DNA of 61,676 nucleotides, filler included, from Choristocarpus tenellus KU-1152 (lineage: Eukaryota > Protista > Phaeophyceae): NCBI GenBank assembly GCA_964200185.2. It is 10 parts of 10 records of this genome, joined end to end, with 100 filler letters (N's around TTAATTAATTAA, not from the genome) between each part and the next. Parts side by side here need not be neighbours in the genome. Positions count along the whole stretch, not along the records: positions 11,902 to 15,528 come from CAXNAD020018872.1; positions 15,629 to 32,446 come from CAXNAD020000767.1; 8 more parts are not named here. One strand, given 5' to 3'. Positions 12,181 through 25,692 of the stretch are shown here, piece after piece. Position 1 is the stretch's first letter; every line of letters begins with the position of its first letter. The notes under the pieces were generated by a model. That model was not told where the DNA came from, made no database searches, and was given only the letters and a program-made list of their open reading frames with translations. Position numbers and translations under genes: made by a program.

Positions 12181-14360
12181 AAATACGTTGGACATGTTAC
12201 CACCTGGGCCATCATCTCTTATCGCGGTGATTGTCCCTCCCCCCGGCAATTGTTAATTTGTTAGAAAATGGCTGTCGCATTGGGATGATGGAGAACTTTT
12301 TCATGAGGAATTTGTTCAGAAGTAAGAAAATTAGATCTCCTGGCGACTGTTTCACCAGGAAAGAATGGTAGCAATTCATTGAGGAGGGTGAGGAGAGTGA
12401 GGGAAGTGAGGATATTTCCTGAATTTTGTCACGAAATTTCACAACGGTAGATAATTAAACGCTTGCAAGTCCAACTTAAGAACTTCATCCACAGAAACAT
12501 GGGTGAATTGCAGAAGACTACAAAAAAAAATTGAAATGCAAAAACGGGCAAGACATGGGTACCTCTCGTCTACTTTGACTCTTGTTGTTATTCTTACAAA
12601 AAGTTGTGCAGTCATGAGTATGTGTATACTCCGGACTATGCACTTGGACAAACCTATTGCATAGTTGTGATAAATGTTGCGACAGTGAATAGTGATGGCA
12701 AGTATCATTTTGTTTGTGTTGCTGCACAGGTTGTATGTCAGTGTCCCCTAAACCTCGTCACTATCTAAATGGTTGGGTATTGATGTACTGACTGGTTAAT
12801 GGTGACTGGAGGGTCCTACGATGTTTCGACCCTCTTGACCATTCTTGGGAATGTCGTTGAATTCACCCGGGAGAATATGACACAAGATGCACCAGCGAAT
12901 GCCTATGAGATTTATCACTACCCATGTTACTACTCAACTATATATTCAATGCTTACATAATCCCAAGGCATTGAGATAGATAAATGGTTTGGTTCTCTCA
13001 CTGATATTCGAACACAGTTCCACCCTGACTGGATATATTTTCTAATGCACCCGGCATGTTGTTGGAAATGATGCAGCAGAAGAATACCTGTGAGTGCAGG
13101 ACGGACTATATTGTTGCTCAACCCATTGGTTTGGATCTTGACAACCGTTCACTTCAAAAACTGCCAGAAACTAGACATTTGAATGCTGGTGACCTCTCGA
13201 CTGGTAAATGATCAGAAACCGAACAATGGTATCCCAGCAACTACTTTATTACAGGTAGCACAGTCACAGGTCGGATGTGTGAGTGATATGACCAGACCTT
13301 CATCACCAGTTTTCCCAGCACAGTAATCCTTTGATGTGTCTATGGATGCACCACAAAAACAGTTAATAAAAAAAACTTCTGCACCAACAAGTTCCAGTAA
13401 ATATGAGACGGTGTTTCACCTAAGTTACCACACTCATAGGATCCATTTTGGATCCCAGCAACTGTTCCAGTGATGAACATGGTTTGATATTATCTGGTTG
13501 TACTATGGCAACCTTTTCCCAACTAAAACGATCTAAGAAATGGTCAACTTGAGACTTGTTTCTAGATCGTAGATCGACCCTCTTGACATGTTTCCCAGAC
13601 TGTTGTCCTTAGACATATTGTTGGGCGATTCTTAATGCATTGTGGCAAACGCTGCACACCGGTGAATATCTGTTTGGAACAATATTGTCTGGGTCGCTGC
13701 TCAATCTCCAGATCTGGATCTTGGTGATTGCTCAAGTGGTAAAACATTCTGAATATAAGTTGGAACAAGTCTTGATCCTCTGGACCATTCCTCCAGCATA
13801 GTTGCCCGAGGGCATGTCTTTGGAAACACACTAATATATTGTGGAAAACGTTGCACCAATGACAATGTTGCTGCTCAGAAAGATAGCAGATTTGTGCCCC
13901 GTCATCCTCTTGACTGGTGAAACAACAAAACAACTCACCATTTGAATGTCAACGGCTGTTTGGCTTAAGCATTATCATAAGTCCGACAATAAGATCCTGA
14001 CACCGCTTCATTGGGGACCGTTTCACTGATAAAACGATAAAAATAGTTGGTTGGACACATGTTTGGATCCTCTCGACCACTTTGGTAGTACAGCAGGCCC
14101 TGGGCACGAAATAGGCTCGGCCTAACCCTGTCCAACAAAGGTGCATTAGAAATGCAAATTCCTACTACAAATGAGAGACATGGTTGTCCCTTTGGCAACA
14201 TTCTCAGAGGCATGATGAGAGGGGAAGCACCTCGATTGTTCATATTCCAGAACTGCATGTGTCTCTGAATGTACTCAACACAATACCCCACTTGTTGCAC
14301 CAGAGGGCAACCATGATCTTCACAACTTTGCCCTCTCAATTCTTGCTCCACATACGTCAG

Positions 14361-14995
14361 ACCCAGGAAACGGACTCCAGCTCGGAATCGGAGTCTGACA
14401 CTAGTGCCACATCCGCTAATGGAAACATGGCACCAGAGGTTGTTGATGCAGATTGGATATGGGACTTGCGGCGGCGCCGTCCACAACGTGTACATGCCAG
14501 GTGCCGTGGCGTTGCTCTGAGGAGAGCTCTCTTGGTGGGATCGAATTTATCCGAGGTTATGGGGATGGTGGACTCTATGTCGAGGGAGGGAACAAGGGCA
14601 ACGAGAGAGGAAGGGATGGGACATCAGAAGAGCGATTACAAGTTATTTGTCCCCTTCTCTCAGACCAGATCAATGACTGGGGCACAGTTCCTCGACCTTG
14701 TGGTGAGTGCATTGAGCGCTGTGCAGTTAGACGTGCGGATTGATTGGGTGTGAGAACTTCGATTACAACTGGCCTGCTACTGAGTGCTTCACTGCAGTCA
14801 ACCACTTGGATCTTAGCGTAACTAGTACAGTGGAGAGGTTTAAGGGCAGAAGTCGCATCCCAGCTTGCAAGGTGCTTCCGCGAGAGATGTAGAGGTGTTG
14901 GACTTTGTTGTCATTCGATTTTACTTTCCTCACAAAAGATGGACCACACAGGAAAGCAAAGAAATCCAGACCTTCGTCTGCCACCTAATCACTAG
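14361..14995 (+). CDS. Possible terminal exons of an unknown gene
   Basis: Pyrimidine-rich acceptor CAG|14361 opens TQETDSSSESE...SAVQLD to a GT at ~14733. A possible last exon starts at 14939 (MDHTGKQRNPDLRLPPNH*). No recognisable family. Confidence 0.3.
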
Positions 14996-15324
14996 CATCC
15001 CTGTATTGTCGGTATTGCAAATATATATATATATATTCTCACTAAATTTAAACCACTGCACTCTATGTGTACAGCACTAATCTGAGAACCAGAATGTAAC
15101 TGTTGATGAAAAAGTACTTCGTGACTTTGAACTGGGCTGATCATCACTATTGTCGACATTGGAGACAACTCTACCTGAGCCTCCCCACGTTGTTGCCCTG
15201 AATATATACAAACAAATTTGATTGAGCCGTCCATCGAGTTAAATAATATAGGAACACACTACAACCCCCTACCTTGAAATGAGTGATACTATGAGTAATA
15301 AAAAATATAAATAGAAGTCGAAAA

Positions 15325-15504
15325 GGCTCAAAGTATCTGGGGGAGGGGGGGGGGGTCTACACCAGAGTGTTCGTTAGAACCAAAACCAGGAAATGTGCAT
15401 TTTCATTGTCCATCCAACGTATGGAACCAAATCACCCAAAAATCGCTACAAGAGAAAATTGGCCCCAAATGGACAGCCACCACCCCCCCCAGATACTTTG
15501 AGCA
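15325..15504 (+). mobile_element. MITE subfamily A, complete
   Basis: GGCTCAAAGTATCTGGGGG...CCCCAGATACTTTGAGC. AAG flanks both sides if the ends are set 1 nt inward. Confidence 0.88.
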
Positions 15505-15628
15505 AGTGTCGAAAGTGGATGCTGCCACNNNNNNNNNNNNNNNNNNNNNNNNNNNNNNNNNNNNNNNNNNNNTTAATTAATTAANNNNNNNNNNNNNNNN
15601 NNNNNNNNNNNNNNNNNNNNNNNNNNNN

Positions 15629-15660
<32 letters not shown>

Positions 15661-16131
15661 GGAGGTTGGTGGATTAAGTGTATTGTTGCAGTGTGAAGCG
15701 GAGTGGAGATTTATGTTTTTTTTTAATGGGCTTTTGAGATGTGCAAGTATAGTGCACCTTGATGAAATTGTTGTGGGTAAGTTAGTGTGTATTGATCTTC
15801 AGTGTTGTGTATTTCGTGTGTCATGGGCTTCCAGTACTGAGGGTGGAAAACAACTCTTCCCGATGTGTCCATTGCAGCACAAACAGTTAGGCCAACACAA
15901 AAGTTGTCGATGAACCACACCCATCCCACTGGTTCGGTTAGAGGTTCAAGCAAGGGGAAAGTGGAGGGGTATGCCACAATGTTACTAGTAGGCTGTATGC
16001 CTTCATGAACTTGAGAAGGTCAAGAAGTTGTAACAAAAAACTGAGATTTGAACGCCTGCCTGTGGTGGTAATCACCTCTTGCGTTTGCATTCTTGGTTTT
16101 TTTGTGTGTATGTTATGTTTTGTTCTTACAG

Positions 16132-17358
16132 CAGCTTCAACTATGTGACAGATTTGCTTCTGGCGATAGCTGCACCTGTCTTTTGTCCTGGTAAAGACTA
16201 CGAAGTTTGTTTGACTAGTTGCACATTTTTGGTGTGGACTTTCAGTCTTTGGCCTCACTCCTTCGAAAGGATTGGAAAGTGGTTTTGTAGAGTTTGTTGG
16301 TTGCGTTCATTTCCCTCTGCAGTCGTACATCGATACGGACGTGTTGTTTGTACTCAATCTGTTGTATGGGCGTTTTCCATCCAAGGCTACAGGGGGATAT
16401 TGAGGCAAATGATATTGCGTTCTCGAATGTGACACATCTCCCCATGAACTGACTTAACCACTTTTTGATTATCGCTGCTGGATGGCAGGCCACACCTCAA
16501 GTCCAACTGGTGAACGAGCCACCCCCTCCGTATCAGCAGTCCAACTACGTTGTTGCACAGGCAGAACAGGTCCAGGGTGTAGGCTATCGCCCCCCTGCTG
16601 TGGCTCCAGGTGGAGATCAGGTGTGTGCAAATAGCCAGGGAGGTATCAGAAGATTGTTCTTGTAGGGTTTCCGGGAGAGTAAGTGGCATACTATATAGTG
16701 TTAGGGAGAATGGTAATGGTGGAAGATCGGTGAGATGAATTGATGCTGTGCTTTTTGGGGGTTGGGGAGGAGATACTGTGGAAGTGGGCAAGTTCCATGT
16801 GTGGTATCGATAAGAGTAGGGCAGTGATGTCTGCGATACTCTTGGGAAGGTTTGTCTTGTTTTTGCCTTTACTCAATGTGATAGGGTCTGTTAGGAGTTG
16901 GATCACTTTCTGCGTCTGTTTTTGATTTCAACCTCAGTACCCTGACTGTGCCAGCTGTACAGGTGTGGTAGTTTGAACCGCTTAATACACTAATAGTATG
17001 TTATGACTCGAGAAAGTATGAATGAGATCACTTCTGGCATGGGTGACAGTGCCATTCACTACATAAACCCCGCCACCTTGATTTGCAGTCCAAATTGTGT
17101 GCTATCCCCAGATAGATACTAGGCGAACCTTAGCTATAGAGCAGAAGGAAATCGAGGTTAACCATGTGTGTGCATCCTTCAAGATGGTCGCTTCTCAGAC
17201 ACACACCCCTCCTTCCGCCTTGTGACTCAACCATTTTCTCAAATCAGGGGTATAATCCTCACATGTATCCAGAGGCGCAGGCAGTGCCTGTGGAGGCGTA
17301 CCCTGTATATTCACAAGAAGGGACAATATCTTGGGAGACAACCAGCAAAAAGGCATGA
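16132..17358 (+). CDS. 3' exons of an unknown protein with a Pro/Tyr/Gln-rich C-terminus (PPPPY)
   Basis: Exons 16132-16204, 16489-16620 and 17248-17358 have canonical sites and join in phase 0: ...FCPGKDYE|ATPQVQLVNEPPPPYQQ...GGDQ|GYNPHMYPEAQAVPVEAYP...KA*. Confidence 0.6.
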
Positions 17359-18920
17359 AGAAACAGCGAGAGGTGACCACCTCTGCTCTACTCTTACCCG
17401 GCACGTAATATCTACCTCCCCTGTGTATGGTGGATGAAACCATTCCATCACAAAATACAAGTTTCCCCAACGTCCCTCGACTGAGAATGTCAAGATTTTT
17501 GTTTGTGTGTATCTCAGGGATTTGTTGGGAAAACTGCCTTATAATATACTGCACAGGGTGTGCTCTAGAAACCCCCATTCCGTATGGAACAAGGTGTTCA
17601 CCTCCTTCATCTTGTTACAGCTTTTTTCTTTTTTAGCATCTGTGATCTTGCAGCTTTGCCATCCTTCAGGTTTACCCCATCGATGAATATGTATAGATGT
17701 TTTCATTTCTTCTATTTCTTCATTTTTTCCCAATCAGGTTAAGGTTATTTTGTTTTACTTCCCATTTAAGGTGATTTGTCATTGATTGCAGTTGGAGAGT
17801 GTTGTGTGATAGCAAAACCTATAATGGGCTTGACTTTTACTCACAAGGAGTCAGTCTGGTGGAGACGGGCAAGGGGTCGGTCATGTGGTGTGCTGACTTT
17901 ACGTTGCTAGGATGCAAGTTAAGAGTATAATGTGACATACTTGAGCAAGTTCTAAAGGGCTAGAATTCCAACTGTTCGTGTAGGGGAGAGTAGTATGTGT
18001 GAGCGCCTGAATGTGCTTGCTTTCATCTGGCACTCCAGGATAAAATACCTCAAAACAAGAGGATAGATATTCTTGCAGGACAATTATTGGATAGTCCAAC
18101 TTTGGAGTAGGTTCAGTTCAGTTATTATCTGGATTTGTACATTGTCTTGATCAGCTCTGCTGTTGTATATCGTGGAGGAATGTGGGGACATGTACTCCAA
18201 AAGTCAGGAGAATCCTTTTGCTGTGGGAGACGTGCATTTGGGCTGGAACTACTATCTTCCATCTTACACGAGTAGTGAGATTTTAGTCTCTTAATCCAAT
18301 AGTGTACCTACCTGGCTTGGTCTCTGAGCAGTAGTCAGCCCTGTCCTGCTATATAGCCAGGCCCATCAATGAACATGTATCATTTACATGTATCATCAGC
18401 ACAAATTATGTAAGCTGAAATGTGTATTGTGTAGATTTGTACACACCAAACAATGTTACATTCCACCTCTCTCAGCTGAAACAGTTCAAGACATGGTTGG
18501 GTGACCAAAGCATTGCTCGTTTTTATTCTAAGAAGTAAGCAATAACTGGGGAAAACCTGTGTGCCATGCCATGGTCTAGCAATAAGCTGTTTCAATTGCA
18601 AGTAGATGGCTCTAACAGGGACTTCGAACTTCCAATTGAACTTCAAATTCAGGGAACCTTTGGACCTGGTTTCCTACCCACATTCCCTGTCAAAAAGAGG
18701 GCCAGATGACCAAATTTCATATGCCAAGGACCTGTTACTGCTCTTAGGCACACGATCACAAACTGCAATGCAACCACAGAGCAGTGTACCAATGTTCACT
18801 CCAACAGACGAGGAAATAGAGCCCATAGGGCAAACCGCTCACACCTGGATTCACTACCCTCCAGAGAGACTAATATTTAATAAAGAAGACCTTTACTAGG
18901 AGAAACTACTCAAACCTTAC

Positions 18921-21900
18921 TCAAACCTCAACCTTGCCAGCCCGGGCCAGTGGCCAGTATTTGAAGGCTGCCTTTCCAATGATGTTCTTTTCAGGGAGGA
19001 AGCCCCATACATGTGAATCCAGGCTGTGATTGCGGTTGTCACCCAGTACCATCACCATCCCTGCTGGAACCCGCTGGGGTCCCCAGGCATACTCCGGTTC
19101 CTAGATGCAGAAAGTTTTGAGAACATTATGACACATATTTCAAAGAGAAACATGCAGTGAAGGTAATCATGACATGAGTGAGTCGCACAAATTTAGCTGG
19201 TGACTTTTGAATGAAATGTATCACCCTTATCACATCCCCCTCATTTTGACCCTCTCTCTGTCACCATTTAGCGCAGTAGGTCAAAGTTGAACTGAACCTA
19301 CCCTGCTCTGTACCTCGTGTTACCCACCCCAAAATGCAACTACACAGTGTAATACTGCATGTTACTGTGATAGTACCTTAATTCACACAGGATTCAATCA
19401 AAAAACAACCCGCTTCAATCTTTAACCTGCAAAGTTCTAACCTGTACAATACTCTGCTTGACTCTTCCACTCAAGAACAAACACAACAGTAAGATGCAAA
19501 CTCGGGTCTTACAAGAAGAACCGTTTCACGCCAATGCACAACAAACAGAATCTCAAGAGATCTCCTGTCTGCCAACCTGTTGGAAATCATAGACGGCGAT
19601 CTTGCCCTAAGGTGTCCTCCCACTCAACATTTGGTAGCTACAACATAGAAGGGAAGCTCATATGGTTAAAACTTGGTTATTCGCCGATTTTGACGACAAC
19701 AATCAGAGATTTCCGCCAAAACCAGAAATGAGGGAATCTTAGGATTGGTATGATGTTATACCGTGTAACACCAATATATTTATATATGTATCGATGATGG
19801 TATATATTTTCAATACTTCATGCCTTAATCGGATTCTTTCACAGTAATTAATTTCCACCTACTTCATCAATTCAACATTCACTTCACTCCACACACGCTC
19901 CACAGAAGCCATAGCCAGCAATCAATCAAGAAAACACCCTACATACATGCTTAGCTCATCAATGCACAAGTACTTAGGTGAAGGTTTCAGACATTATTTC
20001 AGGATAATAAGAAGGCAATTCAACAGGAGCTGACTTAACTCCTATGTACTGTCCTCTATAAATCAAGCTTAGAACCCAAATGTGACATGACAACTCCCTA
20101 GTGTAGTCTGCAACCATCACAACAATAACATGCCCTTATGTCCTGCAGGTTGTCAAAATTTCCAAGTGCTTCGTGTGATCCACAAGGCTGAACCAGCAGC
20201 AAAAACGTCCTACCTGTACCTCTAAATGTTGATTTTGCATGCCATTATCACATTGAGCAAATAGCATTTATATTCAAAACAGCAAGTACTTGGCCCACCA
20301 TTTATAGCACATGCATGATTCACTTATAGAGGCTACAGAGTTCTACTGAACTCTATTCAAGTCATCGTACACACCAATTTCTTCCTCTCATCTGTGGCAG
20401 GTCTCATGTGATTTGTATAATACTACACTATTAACAATGCAACTGCAACTATGAAGGGTCAGGGATTTGAACCTCGGAGAACCATTATGCAGTGCTTTAG
20501 TGTGCTCAGATTGAAATTTGTTTATATGTGACTGGTGGAGGAGGAGTCAAGTTTATTGAATACAACTCGTGACTTCTACTTCAGACTCAAGATGAGAAAA
20601 ATCTCGCCATTGACCCTCATTCAGTAGCTACTCCATTATTAGCACATCAGACGGTATAATTGAATAAGCAAGGAATGGCACGCTGTAGGCAGAAAACCAT
20701 CCTTAATATAATATTTTAAAGGGCCTTTCCTCAATAAGGGGCCTTCTTCACTTACAACACTATGTCTACAAGGTTCCAACATGTACACAAACTCAGCATT
20801 GCACACACCGAGTCCCATAACCCTTGAACAAAAAAAGGGAACCTAAGATAAATACAAAAAAAATAGGTCCATTTGTTGTTACCGTGCCCTCCTTTGTTTC
20901 TACAATAGTTCACAGGGCTATTGCATGTTTGGCAGCAGAGATTGACAGTTTCATAGTTTAGGGTTCTTGTGACCAATGGTAGGAGATGCTGACTACTAAA
21001 AGCATGCTTTACACAATCATCCACACAGTACAAAATGGTACAAATCAGGTGGTACAACTTACCACTACCTAGTGCCAAACAGGAACACAACTCAACAACA
21101 CAATAGTATCGGATGACTCAGGTCGTCAGGTATTCCTCATCATTTTCATATCGTGGACCTACAAACCACAAGCCCCAGAATCGCACAATACAGTCATCAT
21201 GGATAGAGAAGGCACTGAGTATTACAGTGCCGGAATAGTGAGGAGTACAACAGCATAAATCAGTAATAATTGCATCTTGCACCACCAAAAACACAGCGAT
21301 ATAGAGTACTATGGTTAGTAACTGTTGAGTTTATTTCATCAAAGTCTCAACATATCGCTTGAAACCAAACTGTTTCGAACAGTACAAACAAGGGGTATTG
21401 GTGCCTTCCTGCCCTCTCCACTCACAATCTTGTGAACTGATTTCAGCTGTTTTGTTGGAGTGGGTTTTAACCTGGAGTATGTACATTCATTCATTGTCCT
21501 GAAGACAACAATGGGGCCAGTTTTTTTTTGCAGATATAACACAGACAGGTATGATGTGATGTACAAAGGAGTAGAAAACAGCACAAGAAAATTATCAGAT
21601 TGTTGGACTAACCTCACAAAAATGCTGCACAAATCAAATATTGGGTGCTAGCAACAATATCAGAATAATCTGCCACACGTACCTACAAGAAGTGTCCACC
21701 CCACACTTGTGTGTTGAAGATGAGTACACTATGCAGTATCAAAGAAGGCATTGGGTGGGTATCGCCCCTGACAATCTCTTGAACTATTGAGAATTGAACA
21801 TCCAAAATAAGTTACTTCTATGTTATGATGTGACATCAATCTTTAAGTGTACTTCCAGAGCGTAATATATATAAATATATATATATATATATATGCAGGT

Positions 21901-23380
21901 TTCCAGTTTTAAATTTGAACTAGAGTACAAGTAGGTGACTGTTATTATGATAAATAACAAAATTGGAAGCATACCTCAAACTGGTATGATTCAAACTGTT
22001 CCTCGCCGTTGATGAAGACCAATCCATCCTTAATCTCCACCGTGTCACCGCCCACAGCAATAATACGCTTGATGAGTGCCTTCAAAAAAGTAATAAACCG
22101 AAATATGACAGAGTGGAAGGTGCGATGGCAAACATTGGGATGGTTTCACCATGCAATCTGGTACACAATACGAAATGGAGCATTCTTCAGTGGAGGTTGC
22201 TTCTATCACATGTGCACTGTGTTACAATGCTTCCCCTAGTTATCATCTGGTTCGTACTCTGCCAACCAAGTCAAGCACCCAAAAACATGGCTTTGCTTTC
22301 CGTCACTGACCTAGGCTTACTCTCTAGGGACTGCAACAGATGCCCCTAATGGTTGGATTTTCACAAGAAGCATTACTCCCTGTGTCATGGCACTACCCTC
22401 TCAATATACTCTAAGAGGTGCCGAAAGGGCCTTATGGGATACACTTTATGTTGTTGGGGTCATTTGACTGTTTGAGGGTATCAACTAGGACACAAAGGAG
22501 TGCTACTACCGAATCAATTAGCAGCGCATACACCTTGACACAAAAACGTGAGAAAGACGATTTTCATTGTATGCCAACACCAGTTTCTGACTCACCTCAT
22601 TCCCTGTCCGGGTTGTGTAGTCGTAGAAGGCAGGCGGAGGGTGGAAGACCACGACATCCTTCTTTTGGTAGGATCGATAATACTTGGAAAGTTTGTCCAC
22701 AGCAAACTGGTCTCCAATTTCAAAGGTGGGGAACATCGACAAGGAAGGTATGTAACGGGGCTCTATTGCTACCGTCCGTATGACCAATGCAATCGCGAGG
22801 GATCCAGCATATGTCTTGAAGTCCTCCTTCCCCTCTCGCTCCCACCAACGTTTTACGCCTGGACAGGGGGATAACGCCAAAGTGTTGGTGGGAGTGTAGG
22901 ACTGTGAGAAAAAGGTGGAAGTGGAAACATGAAAGAGAGAGAGAGAGAGAGAGAGTTGAGGCATCGAATTCGGGTGGTACCAGAATTCCTTGCTGAGTTC
23001 TATCGCGGGAGTGAACTCGCTACGGGATTCACTTACCCCAGCTTCTGTCGTTGGACTAGCAGTTGGGTCAATGCTGCCTTCAAGGAAAGAGATCACTCAC
23101 CTCCCATTAGTCCCCCTTCCTGTTCCTCTGGTCCGTTATCTCCCTCCATTGTGGAGTCACTATCTGAAGTCTCGGTTGATCGTAGTATAAAAAAAGACGT
23201 TTGTGATCGATAGAAAGTATTCAACGCCAACCCCCCCCGCTTCAACCCCTGTCCCCTCGTCTGACCCAGTGAGAGGATCCGCCCACCATTCCGAGGCAAA
23301 AATGCCAAGGCAGATTGCAGGCACGCGATGGAGAGAAGTGATAGAACGAAGGGGTGGTTGAATCCTGCCATTCTTCTCAT
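18921..23380 (-). CDS. lepB: Plastid (thylakoid) type I signal peptidase, LepB/Plsp1 family (S26), complete, 4 exons
   Basis: Exons 23380-23101, 22858-22596, 22079-21975, 19100-18921, phases consistent. Catalytic Ser in IPSLSMFPT, Lys in LIKRI, and [14 protein letters not shown]. Presequence ...LQSALA|FLP. Confidence 0.93.
19677..19820 (-). repeat. Dispersed repeat Z, second copy (in a signal peptidase intron)
   Basis: Reverse-complement similarity to 1518-1655. Confidence 0.6.
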
Positions 23381-23546
23381 TTCGTGTGGTGCGATCTCCT
23401 CTCTTCAGCGTGTATTGTGGTCGGGGTTGGACAAAGGTTGAAATGAAACATGAACTACTATAAACGAAAAGCCTTCGCATGTGTATTGTAGCACTCTTAA
23501 ACTGAACAAGTGCAAGGAGGATTGATTAGGAGGGTGACAGGAAGCG
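23381..23546. promoter_or_regulatory. Candidate bidirectional promoter
   Basis: Only 166 bp separate the divergent ATGs of the signal peptidase and UROS models. Confidence 0.55.
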
Positions 23547-25261
23547 ATGAGGTATGCAGGGGAATCCAGAATAAGGCACACATGTTGTCTTTGCAATGAA
23601 TTTTATCTATGCTAACAGCTTTGAAAGGGTGTCTATTCTCATGCACTCCCGCGCCTGTAGCTCAGGTCCTTCATCAGCATCTTCCTTGCATTTGGGATAC
23701 TGGAGGGTTCTCGAGGCTTTTCGCCGTTCACTCTTAGAGGCTATGGCGCAATGGGAACTAAAGGGGCTCATATGAAAGGGACTGCGACGGTCATCATGTG
23801 CACCCAAGGTGACACTGACGGGGAGATGTGGACTCCTTGCGCAAACATGTTTTTAGCTGTCCCTAGAGGAAATGATGCTTTCCCGCCAAACTGGGCTCAG
23901 GTTCAGCATCGCTAATACCACGGTGGCATCAATTTCCCTGCTACAACTTTGTCAGGGTGACGTTGAAATTGTCCCTCTGAGATCTGTCTGCTTAACTTCA
24001 ACATGTTAAAAACTGTAGCACAGGCTACCTATCTGTAGTTTTGATCTATGATATATCCTTGTCTACCCCGCAGGGCCGGTGGCTTTGACTCGAGAGGCAG
24101 GCAAGAACATCAAACTGGCAGAACTCTTGCAAAAAGATGGCGTACCCAGCGTTGAGGTAATGATCTTGCAAGGAAATGAATATTGTGGAGGTGGACGAGA
24201 GGGAGGCACCTTTGGACCTCCAGGGGTAAACATCATTCCGCCAGCTTTTCCTAAGACTCTAATCTAGAATGTGCTCATCTAGTTGTCCTGGGACTTGCAA
24301 TTTGCTCCAAGATACTGGGTAATACTGTGTGATTGCGTTCAGCGGAGATTAATGTGATGTGATGTGGACTTCTCCAAGCCTACCACAATTACCTAGATGG
24401 ACACGAGTACCCTTTGCAATACAAGCCAGAAGGGATACTACATGGTATCCCTTAGGATGTCATATTTGCAGATGCTGAAGTTCTCGAGTACTTCCCTCAT
24501 GTCAAGAGGACACGTCTCCCCTCACGATTTTCAACCATTATTTTGCGCTTGCGCTCACCAACTATTAGGTTCCCTGCATCGCTCATGCTGATGGTGAAGA
24601 CCTTCCAAAGCTCCCGCTAGCCCTAATCGAAGAGGATCTGGTCTATGTTGTTGTTACCTCACCGGAGGCTGCGAAAGTTTTTCTTGGGGGTTGGAGGGTG
24701 GCTGGCAAACCATCTGTTTCTGTGGCATGTGTGGGCAAGGCTACAGGCGAGGCACTTCGCAAAGGAGGAGTTGAGCCTGCATTCACTCCTTCGAAGGCTA
24801 CCGGAGAAACCTTGGCTGCTGAGTTGCCCATGCCAGATTCCAGCGAGAGTGGAGTGTTGCCCCGTATCCTATACCCCGCATCAGTTAAAGCACAGCAGAC
24901 ACTGGAAAAGGGGCTTCAGGAAAGGGGCTTTGAGGTTCATCGCCTGAACACTTACGACACTATTCCGGCATTGTGGGGAGAGGAAGAAAAAGCGGCAGCA
25001 GCAAGTGTGACTGTTGCTGCATTTGGCAGCCCCTCAGCTGTGAAGACATGGGCTGCTAGAGTGGGGACAAAAAGCACATCAGCAGCATGCATTGGAGAGA
25101 CCAGCGCTAGCGCTTGCCGTGCTGCAGGATGGGTAGAAGAGCAGGTATTCTTTCCGGACAAGCCAGGAATGGAGGGGTGGGCTCAGGCAGTGAGGGATGC
25201 ACTTGAAGTAGTAGCTGGTGCGTCAGGGGCCTCATCTGCACCAGTAGTGGAAGCACGCTGA
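23547..25261 (+). CDS. hemD: Uroporphyrinogen-III synthase (HemD/UROS), plastid-targeted, 4 exons
   Basis: Exons 23547-23551, 23666-23808, 24074-24156, 24569-25261. VALTREAGKN, VTSPEAA, ACVGKAT, LNTYDT, FGSPSAV, CIGETSA. Presequence MRSFISIFLAFGILEGSRG|FSP. The first two exons are less certain. Confidence 0.9.
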
Positions 25262-25692
25262 TCATACTAAAAATGCTTCTGTTTGAGGCGAACCCTGTCG
25301 AAGTGCTTGATGTTGATTCATTCTTCAAAGTGCTTAATAAATACAGAATGGTTATCTGTTGCGATAAGACACTGGATATATATCTCAGTCGGTCTTCTTG
25401 ATCAAAAAGCTCCTTGTGTCAGGCGAGACAAATCCTCAACCAGGCACTTGGTCTACGGGGGCGGAAAGTGGATCTCTGCTCACAACAGAAAATAAATTGT
25501 GCCGGATGGGTGTGCCCCATCAACCACCGTACACTAAATATCTCGTAACTGATAGACCTAGAGTCGTGGCTCCAGTTACAGCAAGAAAACCACTGACCTA
25601 CCAAAAAAACAGAGGATGAAATAGAATGGGTTTGGGTTTCCATGTGACCAAAAATCTCGTTTTCATCATCCCCACCCTGGGGCCTTCCTCCC

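Noticed and set aside
20455-20500. tRNA/SINE B-box GGTTCAAATCCC on the minus strand
   Set aside because: No properly spaced A box or cloverleaf.
22518-23096. 192-aa ORF as the full peptidase, or a 23-nt mini-intron at 23100-23078
   Set aside because: The ORF reads through an intron containing a (CT)n tract; splicing 23100 to 22859 gives a cleaner product.
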